A DNA stretch of 64,000 bases, taken from an uncultured Alphaproteobacteria bacterium (GTDB taxonomy: Bacteria; Pseudomonadota; Alphaproteobacteria; UBA11222). Position numbers and translations under genes: made by a program. The notes under the pieces are model-generated. The model saw only the letters and a program-made list of their open reading frames with translations, had not been told where the DNA came from and ran no database searches. Below are positions 48,473 through 58,062 of the stretch, piece after piece. The stretch covers positions 8,850 to 72,849 of the forward strand of contig CAMTVX010000017.1 of assembly GCA_947085295.1 (NCBI GenBank), in the 5' to 3' direction. Each line of letters begins with the position of its first letter. Position 1 is the stretch's first letter.

Positions 48473-49807
48473 CTAAACTTCTTCCCGCACGAACACGGCC
48501 TCACCGGCAACCACCGTGCGCAAGACGACACCCTGCAAATGGCGATCCTCAAACGGCGTGTTCTTGGATTTGGAACGCAGCCCGTTGCCGGTCACGATCC
48601 ATGTCCTGCCCGGATCAAACAGCGTCAGATCGGCGGGTTGCCCCTTGGCCAGTTTGCCGCCCGGCAGGCCCAGCAGCCGCGCCGGATTTAGCGTCATACG
48701 CGCCAGTAAATCGCACAGCGAAACCTGCCCGTTATGATAACAGCCCAGCGCTACAGACAGCAGCGTCTCAAGTCCGATGCCGCCCGTTGCCGCCTGCGCA
48801 AAAGGAAGACGTTTGCTTTCCTGATCCTGCGGGTTATGGCCACTGACAATGACATCAATCGTGCCATCGGCGACGCCCGCCACCAGGGCTGCGCGATCTT
48901 CTTCGCGGCGCAGCGGCGGCGACAATTTGAAAAAGGTGCGGTAATTGCCAACATCATTTTCGTTCAGCGCCAGATGCGCCGCTGATACGCCGCAACTCAC
49001 CGGCAGGCCCTGACGTTTCGCCTGACGCATAATCTCTACCGAGGTGGCGCAGGAAAGCTGATCCGCGTGATAGCGCGCGCCGGTCAGTTCCACCAGACGC
49101 AGATCACGCTCCAGCATAATGGTCTCGGCCGCCGCTGGAATGCCAGACAGGCCCAGCCGCGTGGCGATCTCGCCTTCATTCATGCAGCCGCCTTCGGCCA
49201 GCATGGGTTCCTCTATATGTTGCACGATCAGCGCGTCATAGCGGCTGGCGTAACTCAGAATGCGGCGCATCAACACGGCATTGGTCACCGCCTGCACACC
49301 GTCGGTAAATGCGACCGCACCCGCCTGCCGCATCAGGCCGATCTCCGACATACCAATGCCCTTCAGGCCCTGAGTGGCAGCAGCCATAGGATGCACATTG
49401 ACCAGCGCGCCGAAACGCGCGCGGCGTTTCAAAAATTCGACCAGTGAAATATCATCGATCACCGGATCGGTGTTGGGCATGGTGATAATCGTGGTGATGC
49501 CACCAGCCACTGCCGCAAGGCTTGCGCTTTCCAGCGTTTCTTTGTGTTCAGCCCCGGGTTCGCCCACAAATACTTTCATATCGATCAGCCCGGGGCACAG
49601 AACCTGCCCCGCGCAATCAATGATTTCGCAACCCGCCGGCACACCATCTGTAAATAATTTTGCACCCGCATCGACAATCAGGCCGCCCTGCGTCAGCAGT
49701 TCGCCCGGCCCGTCATAGCCGCTGGCCGGATCGACCAGCCGCGCATTGACATAGGCGGTCAGATGCGTTCCAGGGATGGATTTATAATCCGGGTTTGCGG
49801 CGTTCAT
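48473..49807 (-). CDS. pyrC: Dihydroorotase-like protein lacking the N-terminal metal-binding HxH (PyrC'-type), translationally coupled to pyrB
   Basis: This is the amidohydrolase fold. At the position of the canonical D-x-H-x-H-x-R-E-P-G motif the sequence reads [10 protein letters not shown]. Both His residues and the Arg are replaced. The start overlaps the pyrB stop (ATGA). Confidence 0.7.
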   Translation of the reverse strand: MNAANPDYKSIPGTHLTAYVNARLVDPASGYDGPGELLTQGGLIVDAGAKLFTDGVPAGCEIIDCAGQVLCPGLIDMKVFVGEPGAEHKETLESASLAAVAGGITTIITMPNTDPVIDDISLVEFLKRRARFGALVNVHPMAAATQGLKGIGMSEIGLMRQAGAVAFTDGVQAVTNAVLMRRILSYASRYDALIVQHIEEPMLAEGGCMNEGEIATRLGLSGIPAAAETIMLERDLRLVELTGARYHADQLSCATSVEIMRQAKRQGLPVSCGVSAAHLALNENDVGNYRTFFKLSPPLRREEDRAALVAGVADGTIDVIVSGHNPQDQESKRLPFAQAATGGIGLETLLSVALGCYHNGQVSLCDLLARMTLNPARLLGLPGGKLAKGQPADLTLFDPGRTWIVTGNGLRSKSKNTPFEDRHLQGVVLRTVVAGEAVFVREEV

Positions 49808-50784
49808 TTTGCCCCCGCAGCATGCGCATTGGCGGGCAGATTGCGGCTAAGCAGATCCAGTATGGCCAGCCGCACGGCGACGCCCATTTCGACCTGTTCG
49901 CGAATGACGCTGCGATCAATATCATCGGCCACTTCGCTGTCAATTTCCACGCCACGGTTCATCGGACCGGGATGCATGATCAGCGCATCCGGTTTGGCGC
50001 GCGACAGCTTTTCATAATCCAGACCATGAAAATGATAATATTCCCGAAGACTCGGCACAAAGGCGCCATGCATGCGTTCCTGTTGCAACCGCAACATCAT
50101 CACAATATCCACATCCTGCAAGCCCGCGCGCATGTCGTGAAACACCTCAACCCCCAGCCGGTCAATATGGGCGGGCAACAATGTCGGCGGGGCAACAACG
50201 CGCACCCGCGCACCCATCCGGTTCAACAGATAGATGTTGGATCGCGCCACCCGGCTGTGCAGAATATCGCCGCAGATGGCGACCAGCAGCCCCTGCAAAC
50301 TGCCACGCCGCCGCCGGATGGTCAGCGCATCCAGCAACGCCTGGGTTGGATGTTCATTGCTGCCATCGCCTGCATTGATCACCGCGCAATCCACCTTTTG
50401 CGCCAGCAGCTCCACAGCGCCCGAATCCTGATGGCGCATCACCAGCAGATCGGGGCGAAGCGCATTCAGCGTCATGGCAGTATCAATCAGGGTTTCGCCT
50501 TTTTTCATGGCGGAATTACTGACCGCCATATTCAGCACATCTGCGCCCAGCCGTTTTCCGGCCAGTTCAAACGAGCTTTGGGTGCGGGTAGAGGCTTCAA
50601 AAAACAGGTTAATCTGGGTACGCCCGCGCAATAAATTCTGCTTTTTATCGATCTGGCGGTTAAGTTCGACGTAGGAATCAGCCAGATCGAGGATTTGATC
50701 AATGTCCGTGGCGGACAGATCCTTGATCCCCAACAGGTGCTTGTGTGGGAATCGCAGGGTGTGATGTGTGCGGGGTGTGCTCAT
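49804..50784 (-). CDS. pyrB: Aspartate carbamoyltransferase catalytic subunit
   Basis: STRTQSSFE is the STRTR carbamoyl-phosphate site. The HPTQAL and HPGP motifs are present. About 326 aa from MSTPRTHH. The longer ORF-track frame is upstream leader. Confidence 0.85.
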   Translation of the reverse strand: MSTPRTHHTLRFPHKHLLGIKDLSATDIDQILDLADSYVELNRQIDKKQNLLRGRTQINLFFEASTRTQSSFELAGKRLGADVLNMAVSNSAMKKGETLIDTAMTLNALRPDLLVMRHQDSGAVELLAQKVDCAVINAGDGSNEHPTQALLDALTIRRRRGSLQGLLVAICGDILHSRVARSNIYLLNRMGARVRVVAPPTLLPAHIDRLGVEVFHDMRAGLQDVDIVMMLRLQQERMHGAFVPSLREYYHFHGLDYEKLSRAKPDALIMHPGPMNRGVEIDSEVADDIDRSVIREQVEMGVAVRLAILDLLSRNLPANAHAAGAK

Positions 50785-51116
50785 TAAAGCGAACTGTATA
50801 AAGCTGAAGCCCCTATCCTGCAAGCGGCATCTGAATAGGTGCAGGGCAATATCGGAGACGCTGGCGTATGATTCGGCGTAACCCGTGATACAGGGTAATA
50901 AAGCGCAAGATACATTGCCGCACCGATGGGAAACCACATGCAGGCGCGATACGGCCCATCACGCTACGAGGCCAGACCTGGGAGAATAGCGGGCAGGAAG
51001 CAAAAGAATGACAAAAACCGTCATGTCAAGATCGGAGCCCGATCACTTGACCCCGATCAGTGCTGGCGGGCTTGAGTGAACCTGCCGGACACTGCCGGCA
51101 GGCTCACTACTGAGCT

Positions 51117-51773
51117 TCAGAGAACCCGCTTGATCCCGGCATAGTCGCCATTGGTGCGTAGCGTGACTGAAACATCGGCGCTGCCGCGATTGCGCCAGAA
51201 CCAGCCGTGATTGCCATCGAAAGCCGCTTCCAGCACACCCTCTGCGCCGGGCGCGCCACGGCCTTTCTCATAGCTGGTTGACTGACCGCCGCCATCGCCA
51301 TGCAGGTCGAAATTCACGACGCCACCCGTGACAGTCCAGGCGAAGTTAACGCGCGCGCCCCGGTTCATCAGTAATTTGATCTCGGCACCTTCGCCGGGCT
51401 TCAGCGTGATTGTCATTTCGTCCGTACGGCCAGCCGGCGCTTCCTGAGCCATCGCCGAACCGATCACCAGTTGAGCGAAGATGCCGCCAAGCAGGCTCGA
51501 CCGCTGGTCCTGATCCGGCACCACAGCCGGAGCGCCATTTTGCAGGTCGCGCAACCGGTCCTGCTCGGCCTCGTCAGAGAGTTGGGTTTTGATCTCACCC
51601 ATTTGCGCAAGGCCAAGCGTGCGGCCGATCCCGGTCGGGTCAATTGCGTATTCGGCCGGCAAAACGATGCTCACAAGAATCGCCGCCGCCGCGAGGATGG
51701 CAGTGATGGTGGAGCGCAGAAGCTGCCGCGATGTCGGCAGTTCGGCGCGGGTAGGGATGTCGGTGTTATACAT
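51117..51773 (-). CDS. Hypothetical membrane-anchored protein, last gene of the putative metal-uptake operon
   Basis: 218 aa. A single N-terminal TM segment (ITAILAAAAILVSIVL) and a Gly-rich C-terminus. The start is 23 nt downstream of the HupE/UreJ stop. Confidence 0.45.
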   Translation of the reverse strand: MYNTDIPTRAELPTSRQLLRSTITAILAAAAILVSIVLPAEYAIDPTGIGRTLGLAQMGEIKTQLSDEAEQDRLRDLQNGAPAVVPDQDQRSSLLGGIFAQLVIGSAMAQEAPAGRTDEMTITLKPGEGAEIKLLMNRGARVNFAWTVTGGVVNFDLHGDGGGQSTSYEKGRGAPGAEGVLEAAFDGNHGWFWRNRGSADVSVTLRTNGDYAGIKRVL

Positions 51774-51795
51774 GGAAAATATCCTTTTCAGTGGT

Positions 51796-52548
51796 TTAGG
51801 AAACGATCCAGCCGGTGAGCTGATATCCGATCAGCACGAACCCGGCGGTCATCAAGACGGTGTTGGCGGTGTAGGCGTGGCGCCAGAAGCTATCGGTTCT
51901 TCGCCAGTAACTCATGACGATGAGGATCGCCCCCAGAGCCAGAAGCTGGCCGATCTCTACGCCGACATTGAAGGCGAGAAGGTTCGGTACGAGGCCGTCG
52001 GGCGAGATGTTGTATTCGATGATCTTCGTCGACAGGCCGAAGCCGTGGAAGAAGCCAAAGATCAGGGTTGCGGCCCTGGTGTTCGGCTGAAAGCCGAGCC
52101 ATCTCTGGAAGGCGCCCATATTGTCGAGTGCCTTGTAGACGACCGACAGGCCGATGATGGCGTCGATGATGTAGCTGTTGATCCCGACGTTGAAATAGAC
52201 GCCGAGCAGCATGGTCGTGGAATGGCCGAGCGCGAACAGGCTCACATAGATACCAATATGCGTCATCCGGTAGAGGAAGAAGATCACGCCGAGCAGGAAC
52301 AGGATATGGTCGTATCCCGTCACCATGTGCTTGGCGCCGAGATAGATGAAGGGCAGCAGATTGATGCCGGTAATCTCCTGGATATAGCCCTTATCGCCTT
52401 CGGCCACAGCGTGGGCGAAGGCCGTTCCGCTGAGCAGCGGCAGGCTCAGGAGGGCGAGCAGAATAAGGAGGGCGAACCGCCAGCGCGCATACGGCGCGCG
52501 TGGCGGCCCCTCATGGAAGGGTCCTTGCATGAAAACTCCAATCTTCAT
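51796..52548 (-). CDS. HupE/UreJ-family metal (Ni/Co) transporter
   Basis: A signal peptide is followed by multi-TM segments. The family signature H-x2-TG-x-DH is in AKHMVTGYDHILF, and the C-terminal HGFG motif is present. Confidence 0.7.
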   Translation of the reverse strand: MKIGVFMQGPFHEGPPRAPYARWRFALLILLALLSLPLLSGTAFAHAVAEGDKGYIQEITGINLLPFIYLGAKHMVTGYDHILFLLGVIFFLYRMTHIGIYVSLFALGHSTTMLLGVYFNVGINSYIIDAIIGLSVVYKALDNMGAFQRWLGFQPNTRAATLIFGFFHGFGLSTKIIEYNISPDGLVPNLLAFNVGVEIGQLLALGAILIVMSYWRRTDSFWRHAYTANTVLMTAGFVLIGYQLTGWIVS

Positions 52549-52578
52549 CGTTGAGGGGGACCGCGCGTGCGGCCGCGA

Positions 52579-52968
52579 TCAGGCGATCAGGATCGGTCTC
52601 GGCGGGCGTTCAAGCAGGAAGCCCGTTTCCAGATGGGCGAAGGATGGCGGGCAAGCCAGCCAGCGCCCACCCAATGGCGGGATGATCGAAGCTGGATAGG
52701 CAAGCGTGCCCCCCGTTTCGTGCGAGTGATCAACCGGATTGTGGCCGTGGGAATGGCCCGGGCTCTGCTCATCCACTTCACCATCATCATGGCTGTGGTC
52801 ATGGCCTTCCATCTGCGCCGCCAATTCGGCATGGCGCGCTGTCTCGGCGGCCACCAGCGCAATCGGATTGTGCGAAGCAACCCCGCCAATAGGCGGCAAC
52901 AGCATGCCCAGCGCCATCACGCAGGCGATAACAAGGCGAAAGGCGGCACTGTGAACCCGGTTCGGCAT
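52579..52968 (-). CDS. His-rich putative periplasmic metal-binding protein
   Basis: A signal peptide is present. The His-rich segments are EGHDHSHDDGEVDEQSPGHSHGHNPVDHSHE. It is the first gene of the operon. Confidence 0.45.
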   Translation of the reverse strand: MPNRVHSAAFRLVIACVMALGMLLPPIGGVASHNPIALVAAETARHAELAAQMEGHDHSHDDGEVDEQSPGHSHGHNPVDHSHETGGTLAYPASIIPPLGGRWLACPPSFAHLETGFLLERPPRPILIA

Positions 52969-53272
52969 GCTTAACGATTATTCCTCAATTCTGACGAAAA
53001 AGTGTCAGCCACCGACCGAACCTTCGAATCAACATCGTCTTATCCCCTCCAGGGGGGATAGGAATCAAGCATGATCGAACCGCATGTCCACAAAACCGGG
53101 GGAGGATCAAGGCGAGTAACGCCACATCGTCAGCCCCATTGCATCTTCCCTGCCCCCTGCCATCCCCTGACAAAAAGCGTCATTCAGACCCCGCCTGCAT
53201 GCTTCGGCCATAGCCAGCGGTTTAATCCTCTGCTAACACAGTGCAATATGAAGATCAGGGGGAAGCGACGTT

Positions 53273-53497
53273 ATGAACAAGACCGAAATCAAGATCGTGC
53301 AGAAATATCTGCGCGATACGCTGGGCAACCAGAAAATAACCCTGGACCCCAAAACCGCGACGAAGGATTCGGTTGAAGTCTTTCTTGAGGCGGAATTCAT
53401 CGCCGTGGTCAGCCGCGACCAGGAAGATGGCGATCTGTGCTATAATTTCCACATGGCGATCCTGGAAGAAGACCTGCCGGACGAGGATGATCTCTAA
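53273..53497 (+). CDS. DUF3126-like small protein
   Basis: 74 aa. MNKTEIKIVQKYLRDTLGN...VEVFLEAEFIAVVSRDQEDGD resembles the conserved alphaproteobacterial DUF3126 pattern. Confidence 0.45.
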   Translation: MNKTEIKIVQKYLRDTLGNQKITLDPKTATKDSVEVFLEAEFIAVVSRDQEDGDLCYNFHMAILEEDLPDEDDL

Positions 53498-53498
53498 A

Positions 53499-53575
53499 GC
53501 ACGATGATTTTAAGTTTGTCCACGCCACAAGCTCGGTCTGTCACCCCAGAATAAATCCGGGGTGACACTGTGTCT
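53499..53575. repeat. Truncated member of the MITE-like family (conserved left flank gatgattttaagtttgtcca plus single arm hairpin gtcaccccaga..tccggggtgac)
   Basis: The left flank matches copy B at 55.28 kb. The arm matches the copy A arm consensus. The central core is absent. Confidence 0.55.
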
Positions 53576-53602
53576 GGGACGCTTCACTCCAAACGCATCA
53601 AG

Positions 53603-54517
53603 CTAAATAAACAGCGCCAGAATCAGCGGCATGGTGAACAGCGCCGTGACCGTGGTCGCGGTGATCATGCCCGCCATCATCTGCGCATCGCCGCCCAATT
53701 GCCGCGCCAGAATATAGGCCGATGTCGCGCCCGGCACCGACGCACACAGAATGGCGATGTCGCGGGTGATGCCTTCCACCCCAAATATCCAGGTGGTGAT
53801 TACCACCAATAGCGGCATGCCCAGCATCTTCAGCCCGGTCCCCAGCAGGATTGTGCCGCCGAATTGGCGCATATGCGACAGATCAAGTGCCGCCCCCACC
53901 GCCAGCAGGCCCAGCGGCAATGCCGCGCTGCCCAGAACTTTCAACGTCGCATCAACAATGGGAGCCAGGCCAAAGCCCGCAACATTCAGCCCAATGCCAA
54001 CCAGACAGGCCATGATCAGCGGATTACGGATCACCGCAACCAGCGCCGCGCGCAGGCTGGCTGGTTCCGCGCTGGCATGGCGGGTCAGCACATAGATGCT
54101 CAGCAAATTCACCGTTGGCACCATAAAGGCGATGGCGATCGCCATCAGCGCCAGCCCGGCCGATCCAAACAGGCTGTTGGCCGCCGCAATCCCGACAAAC
54201 CCGTTCCAGCGCACCGCGCCCTGAAACAGGCTGGAATATTCCGGGCCGCTTAAATTCAGTTGCGCGCGCGCGATGCTCAGCCCACCGGTCATAATAAAGA
54301 TCGCGCAAAGTAGCGCCGCACCCATCGGCACAATATCGATGCCCGCCAGATCAGCGGTGGCCAGATTTTGCACCAGCAGGCACGGAAACAGAATAAAATA
54401 AATCAGCCGCTCCAGCGGCGGCCAAATCCCGGCATCGAGAAAGCCAGCACGCCGGATCACCCAGCCAAGCGCGATGATCAGAAATACCGGAAGCAGGGCG
54501 CTTAATATTATCAGCAT
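53603..54517 (-). CDS. AEC-family (auxin-efflux-carrier-like) transporter
   Basis: 304 aa, about 10 TM segments. The N-terminus MLIILSALLPVFLIIALGWVIRRAGFLD is typical of the AEC/MleP family. Confidence 0.75.
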   Translation of the reverse strand: MLIILSALLPVFLIIALGWVIRRAGFLDAGIWPPLERLIYFILFPCLLVQNLATADLAGIDIVPMGAALLCAIFIMTGGLSIARAQLNLSGPEYSSLFQGAVRWNGFVGIAAANSLFGSAGLALMAIAIAFMVPTVNLLSIYVLTRHASAEPASLRAALVAVIRNPLIMACLVGIGLNVAGFGLAPIVDATLKVLGSAALPLGLLAVGAALDLSHMRQFGGTILLGTGLKMLGMPLLVVITTWIFGVEGITRDIAILCASVPGATSAYILARQLGGDAQMMAGMITATTVTALFTMPLILALFI

Positions 54518-54553
54518 GGGGTGTGTGACCGTGTTAAGGGGTGTGTTGCATAG

Positions 54554-54943
54554 TCATGTGACTTTGGCCGCCAGCGGATGCGCAACCAGCGCGCGGTCCA
54601 GCGTCACCAGCCGCAATCCCTCAATCTGGCATTGCGCCAGCAACATCCGGTCAAACGGATCGCGTGTTAAGGGTTCTGGATCGATGGTAACCAGCACATG
54701 GCGCGCAGTGATCGTGATCAGTTCAATTCCCATGTCATGCAGCAAATCCGGCAGCGTGTTGATGTCGGGGGCTATCCGGATTTTTCCCAACCGCCATTTG
54801 ATGGCAATTTCCCAAAGTGTTGCGACACTCACATAGAGATCACCTGCGGACTGTTCAATCAGACGCCGGATTCCCGGAGCGAAGGTGTCCGTCCGGGTTT
54901 CGATCATGGTCAGCAGGATATGGGTGTCGAGCAGCAGCCTCAT
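54554..54943 (-). CDS. vapC: Type II toxin VapC (PIN domain)
   Basis: LLDTHILL carries the PIN N-terminal Asp. The conserved acidic residues are in DPFDRML. 129 aa. The start overlaps the antitoxin stop. Confidence 0.8.
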   Translation of the reverse strand: MRLLLDTHILLTMIETRTDTFAPGIRRLIEQSAGDLYVSVATLWEIAIKWRLGKIRIAPDINTLPDLLHDMGIELITITARHVLVTIDPEPLTRDPFDRMLLAQCQIEGLRLVTLDRALVAHPLAAKVT

Positions 54944-55209
54944 ACGTCAGGCGGCAATGGTTGCAGCAGGAAATCCTCGGGCAACGGATCGTCGAAGTCA
55001 TCCGCTATAAAGGGAAAGATCGCTGTGACGCCATGCTTCTTCATGAATTCGTCAATCGCCTCAAGGCGCAGCCCCTTGCGCGGTTGATGCGGCACAAGGT
55101 CAAAGACCGGACGGCCATTGCGGGTAACGACAATGGTCTCGCCTTTCTCAACCTGCCGGGCGAGTTCGGTAAGACGGTTCCTTGCGTCACGGATCGATAC
55201 GGTTGTCAT
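54940..55209 (-). CDS. Type II antitoxin, Phd/YefM family
   Basis: MTTVSIRDARNRLTELARQVEKGETIVVTRNGRPVFDLVP is the canonical Phd/YefM N-terminus. About 90 aa. It overlaps vapC by 4 nt. Confidence 0.75.
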   Translation of the reverse strand: MTTVSIRDARNRLTELARQVEKGETIVVTRNGRPVFDLVPHQPRKGLRLEAIDEFMKKHGVTAIFPFIADDFDDPLPEDFLLQPLPPDV

Positions 55210-55278
55210 GGGCAGATTGTGGCTACAAGTGGCGCTTTTGTCAAGGGGTAGCACTTTAACAGGGGTAGCACTTTAACG

Positions 55279-55430
55279 CATGATGATTTTAGGTTTGTCC
55301 ATATCAACACACTCACTTTGTCATTACCCGGCTTGTCCGGGTAATCCATGCCACGCGCGAAGGCCTGCGTTTGTGGCTCCTGGATTGCCCGGCTAAACCG
55401 GGCAATGACAGTGGGTGGGGTGATTCTATC
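55279..55430. repeat. MITE-like nested-palindrome element, copy B, with conserved left flank (gatgattttaggtttgtcca) and right flank (ggggtgattctatc)
   Basis: Structure: gtcattacccggcttgtccgggtaat-ccatgccacgcgcgaaggcctgcgtttgtggctcctgg-attgcccggctaaaccgggcaatgac. The two arms are imperfect reverse complements of each other and each is self-palindromic. It is preceded by the direct repeat ggggtagcactttaac x2. Confidence 0.65.
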
Positions 55431-55587
55431 TAAACTCATCTGGCTCTAAAAACGACGCTGGCCGTCATGACGGCGCTGGGGTTGGAACTGACGGCAAAGG
55501 TTCCGTCACCCGATAATTTTCCTTGTAGAAAAAAGGGATGGGTTATCTTTATCCCCTGCTCTTTTCATCTTTAGCAGGCTGAATGCG

Positions 55588-56055
55588 TTATAATTTATCA
55601 AGTGCTTTTATGGCTGCGGAATAAAAGTCTGAACAAGAAGAGATGGCTTTGGCCTTTAATTTAAGCCTATTACCCTCCACCTGAAATTTATTGTCATCGC
55701 CTATTGCAGCGTCAATTTGGTCGAGGCCACGATTAAATGTTTCAACGGCATTGTAAAATTTAAGCAGGCTCTCCACCTGATCTTCTGCAAAAACGCCTGC
55801 GGCTAATAAGACGGGGCAAGCATTTTCCCACGCCACTATGGGCAATCTATATAAAGGCGCAGAAACACCGCCACCAAGGTAATCGCAGGCAGCTTTGCCG
55901 CAGTACTTGATTTCAGCTTTTAAGCTCGCTTTGCACCCCTTTCTTTGACGTCTTCTCTCCAGACAAGACGCTATGAGGCCTAAAACAAAGCCCACAATAA
56001 CCCACACACCGTCAGAGATTGAAATCGCACAAATTATTTTTGTTATTTTTTCCAT
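55588..56055 (-). CDS. Hypothetical small membrane-anchored protein in a low-GC (about 43%) islet
   Basis: 155 aa. The N-terminal TM is IICAISISDGVWVIVGFVLGLIASCL. The rest is Cys-rich. GC is markedly lower than in neighbouring genes. No recognised domain. Confidence 0.4.
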   Translation of the reverse strand: MEKITKIICAISISDGVWVIVGFVLGLIASCLERRRQRKGCKASLKAEIKYCGKAACDYLGGGVSAPLYRLPIVAWENACPVLLAAGVFAEDQVESLLKFYNAVETFNRGLDQIDAAIGDDNKFQVEGNRLKLKAKAISSCSDFYSAAIKALDKL

Positions 56056-56125
56056 GTCTCAAATTAATCTATAAATTGAAGAATAACGCAAGCTGTAAAG
56101 GGGATGCTTTGAGGTACCCCGGCGT

Positions 56126-56638
56126 TTATGGTGCCGTTTGCGGCGGCCCAACAATCCGCTGCATAAACACCAGATCCAGCCAGCGGTTGAATTTGAAGCC
56201 TACTTCATGGAAATGCGCGACGGATTTGAAGCCCAGCTTTTCGTGAAAGCGGATTGAGGCGGCGTTGTCGGCGTCGATGGCGCCGATCATTACGTGCAGG
56301 CCCGCTGTCTGCGCCGCCTCTATCAGGCGCTGCATCAACTGGCGGCCGATGCCGGTTCCGCGTAGCCCGGCTTTGACATGCACCGTATGCTCGACCGTGA
56401 ATTTATATCCCGCCCCGGAAAAACGCCAGTCGCCATAGGAGGCAAACCCCTGCACAGCATCGCCATCGGCCGCGACAAGAACCGGGAAGCCTTGCGCCTG
56501 GCGCGCCGCAAGCCACTGTGCGCGATCCTCCAGCGATACCGGCGCGGCGGCATACACCGCCGTCGATGTGGCGATCACATCATTATAGATGGCAAGGATG
56601 CCGGGCAGGTCTTGCGCCGTGGCGTCACGAATGATCAT
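56126..56638 (-). CDS. GNAT-family N-acetyltransferase (phosphinothricin/L-amino-acid acetyltransferase-like)
   Basis: MIIRDATAQDLPGILAIYN...LRGTGIGRQLMQRLIE carries the Q/RxxGxG/A acetyl-CoA motif. Confidence 0.8.
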   Translation of the reverse strand: MIIRDATAQDLPGILAIYNDVIATSTAVYAAAPVSLEDRAQWLAARQAQGFPVLVAADGDAVQGFASYGDWRFSGAGYKFTVEHTVHVKAGLRGTGIGRQLMQRLIEAAQTAGLHVMIGAIDADNAASIRFHEKLGFKSVAHFHEVGFKFNRWLDLVFMQRIVGPPQTAP

Positions 56639-57480
56639 TTTACGTCTCGCAGTTTCGGCAACTCCGCCGCCACAACGCCGCCAAACAGGATCACCGCCCA
56701 GGACAGATAGGTCCAGATCAGAAATACCGGCAGCGCCGACAGCGCGCCATAGATCGCGTCATAGGCGGCGAAATTCCGGATATAGATGCCAAAGCCAAAT
56801 TTCAGCGCCTCGAATAACAGCCCGGCAATGACGCCGCCTATTACCGCATGGCGAAACGCGACACGCACATTCGGTAGCGTCAGATAGAGCAAGCTAAACC
56901 CGGTAATTTCCAATGTTACCGGCAGCAAATACGCCAACAGTCCGATGGATTGCGCCACCGCGCCATCGCCGGTCAGAAGGCTGGCGAAATAAGGCACGCT
57001 AACCGAAAGCCCCAGCCCAAGTAAAATTGGACCTAGCGACATGACCGTCCAGAAAACTGTCATGCGCGTCATCAATGTGCGCTTTTCCGGAACCTGCCAT
57101 ATCTCACCAAAAGTGATTTCCACTTCATACAGCAGCGTGAACGACGTGAAGATCAGAAACAGGATGCCAAATCCTGTCAGATTGTCGGCATTAACGACAA
57201 AGCTGCGGAATGTTTCCTGAATGGCGGCATTGGCGTCGAACGTAAAATTTTTGAGCACAAATTCCGTGAGCATATCGCCGACACCGTCAAACACCGGAAA
57301 CGCCGACAGGATCGCTACGGCAATCGCCGCCAGCGGCACAATCGCCAGCAGGCTGGTAAAACTGAGCGACGCGGCATAGGTCAGACAATGACGCGCGATG
57401 AAAGTGCGCAGCATGTGGATTGGGTAAAACCCAAAGCGCCGCGCCATTGCAATTAGTGACGCGATTAATTCATTGTTCAT
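56635..57480 (-). CDS. YihY/BrkB-family inner-membrane protein
   Basis: 281 aa from MNNELIASLIAMARRFGF. Multiple TM helices. YAASLSFTSLLAIVP is the YihY hallmark. The 472-aa frame in the ORF track reads across ruvX and is rejected. Confidence 0.75.
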   Translation of the reverse strand: MNNELIASLIAMARRFGFYPIHMLRTFIARHCLTYAASLSFTSLLAIVPLAAIAVAILSAFPVFDGVGDMLTEFVLKNFTFDANAAIQETFRSFVVNADNLTGFGILFLIFTSFTLLYEVEITFGEIWQVPEKRTLMTRMTVFWTVMSLGPILLGLGLSVSVPYFASLLTGDGAVAQSIGLLAYLLPVTLEITGFSLLYLTLPNVRVAFRHAVIGGVIAGLLFEALKFGFGIYIRNFAAYDAIYGALSALPVFLIWTYLSWAVILFGGVVAAELPKLRDVK

Positions 57481-57482
57481 CT

Positions 57483-57950
57483 TCACCCCCGCGCCATCCG
57501 GTCCAGCGCGCCTTGCAGAATGTAGGCGGCGGCCATTTTGTCGACCAGTTCGGCGCGCCGGGCGCGGCTGGCGTCGGCGTCGATCAGCACGCGGGTGACG
57601 GCCATGGTGGACAGGCGTTCGTCCCACAATACGATGGGCAGCGTAAAGCGCTTGAGCAGATTGCGGGCGAACTGGCGCACCGACTGGGCGCGCGGGCCTT
57701 CGCTGCCATCCATATTCATCGGCAGGCCGATAACCAGGCCGCCCACATTCTGTGCGGCAATAATGGCGGCCAGCGTTTCCAGATCCACGGAAAACTTGCC
57801 CCGGCGGATGGTTTGCATCGGCGTGGCGATCATGTGCCCCAGATCCGAAAGCGCCAGGCCAATGGTTTTTTCGCCCACATCCAGCCCCAGCAACCGCTGC
57901 GCGGGAGCAAGTTCGGCCTTTAATGCAAGAATGTCCGATAAAAGTGGCAT
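57483..57950 (-). CDS. ruvX: Holliday-junction resolvase-like nuclease RuvX (YqgF)
   Basis: [17 protein letters not shown] carries the catalytic Asp, with VIGLP and DER. 155 aa. Confidence 0.85.
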   Translation of the reverse strand: MPLLSDILALKAELAPAQRLLGLDVGEKTIGLALSDLGHMIATPMQTIRRGKFSVDLETLAAIIAAQNVGGLVIGLPMNMDGSEGPRAQSVRQFARNLLKRFTLPIVLWDERLSTMAVTRVLIDADASRARRAELVDKMAAAYILQGALDRMARG

Positions 57951-58062
57951 GTGGGCAGTATCGGGATTGGTTCGGGTCTGTCAAACCTCCTTTCGCGGGT
58001 GGGGCGGGCGTGATAGGTTCCGGCCAGCAAGTGGTCGTTACTGATTGAAGCACCCAACCCCG

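Noticed and set aside
49795-50634. 279-aa plus-strand ORF antisense to pyrB
   Set aside because: His/Gln/Arg-rich shadow frame. pyrB carries the STRTR and HPxQ motifs on the minus strand.
51063-51110. Hairpin gtgaacctgccgg-acactg-ccggcaggctcac as terminator of the 51117 gene
   Set aside because: A good 13-bp stem but no U-tract on either strand. Reported at most as a structured element and not a terminator.
52985-53173. 62-aa minus-strand ORF upstream of the His-rich gene
   Set aside because: No RBS. It lies in the presumptive leader/regulatory region. Its composition is Gly/Arg-rich.
52969-53272. Cobalamin riboswitch in the HupE/UreJ operon leader
   Set aside because: I could not find the B12 box (GCCACTG) or the conserved GGGAAG...GGTG core on the minus strand by eye. 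Left as an open check and not a feature.
56635-58053. 472-aa minus-strand frame reported as one ORF
   Set aside because: The N-terminal 190 aa is an out-of-frame read across ruvX (which has its own clear motifs in another frame). The membrane protein starts at the internal ATG at 57480.
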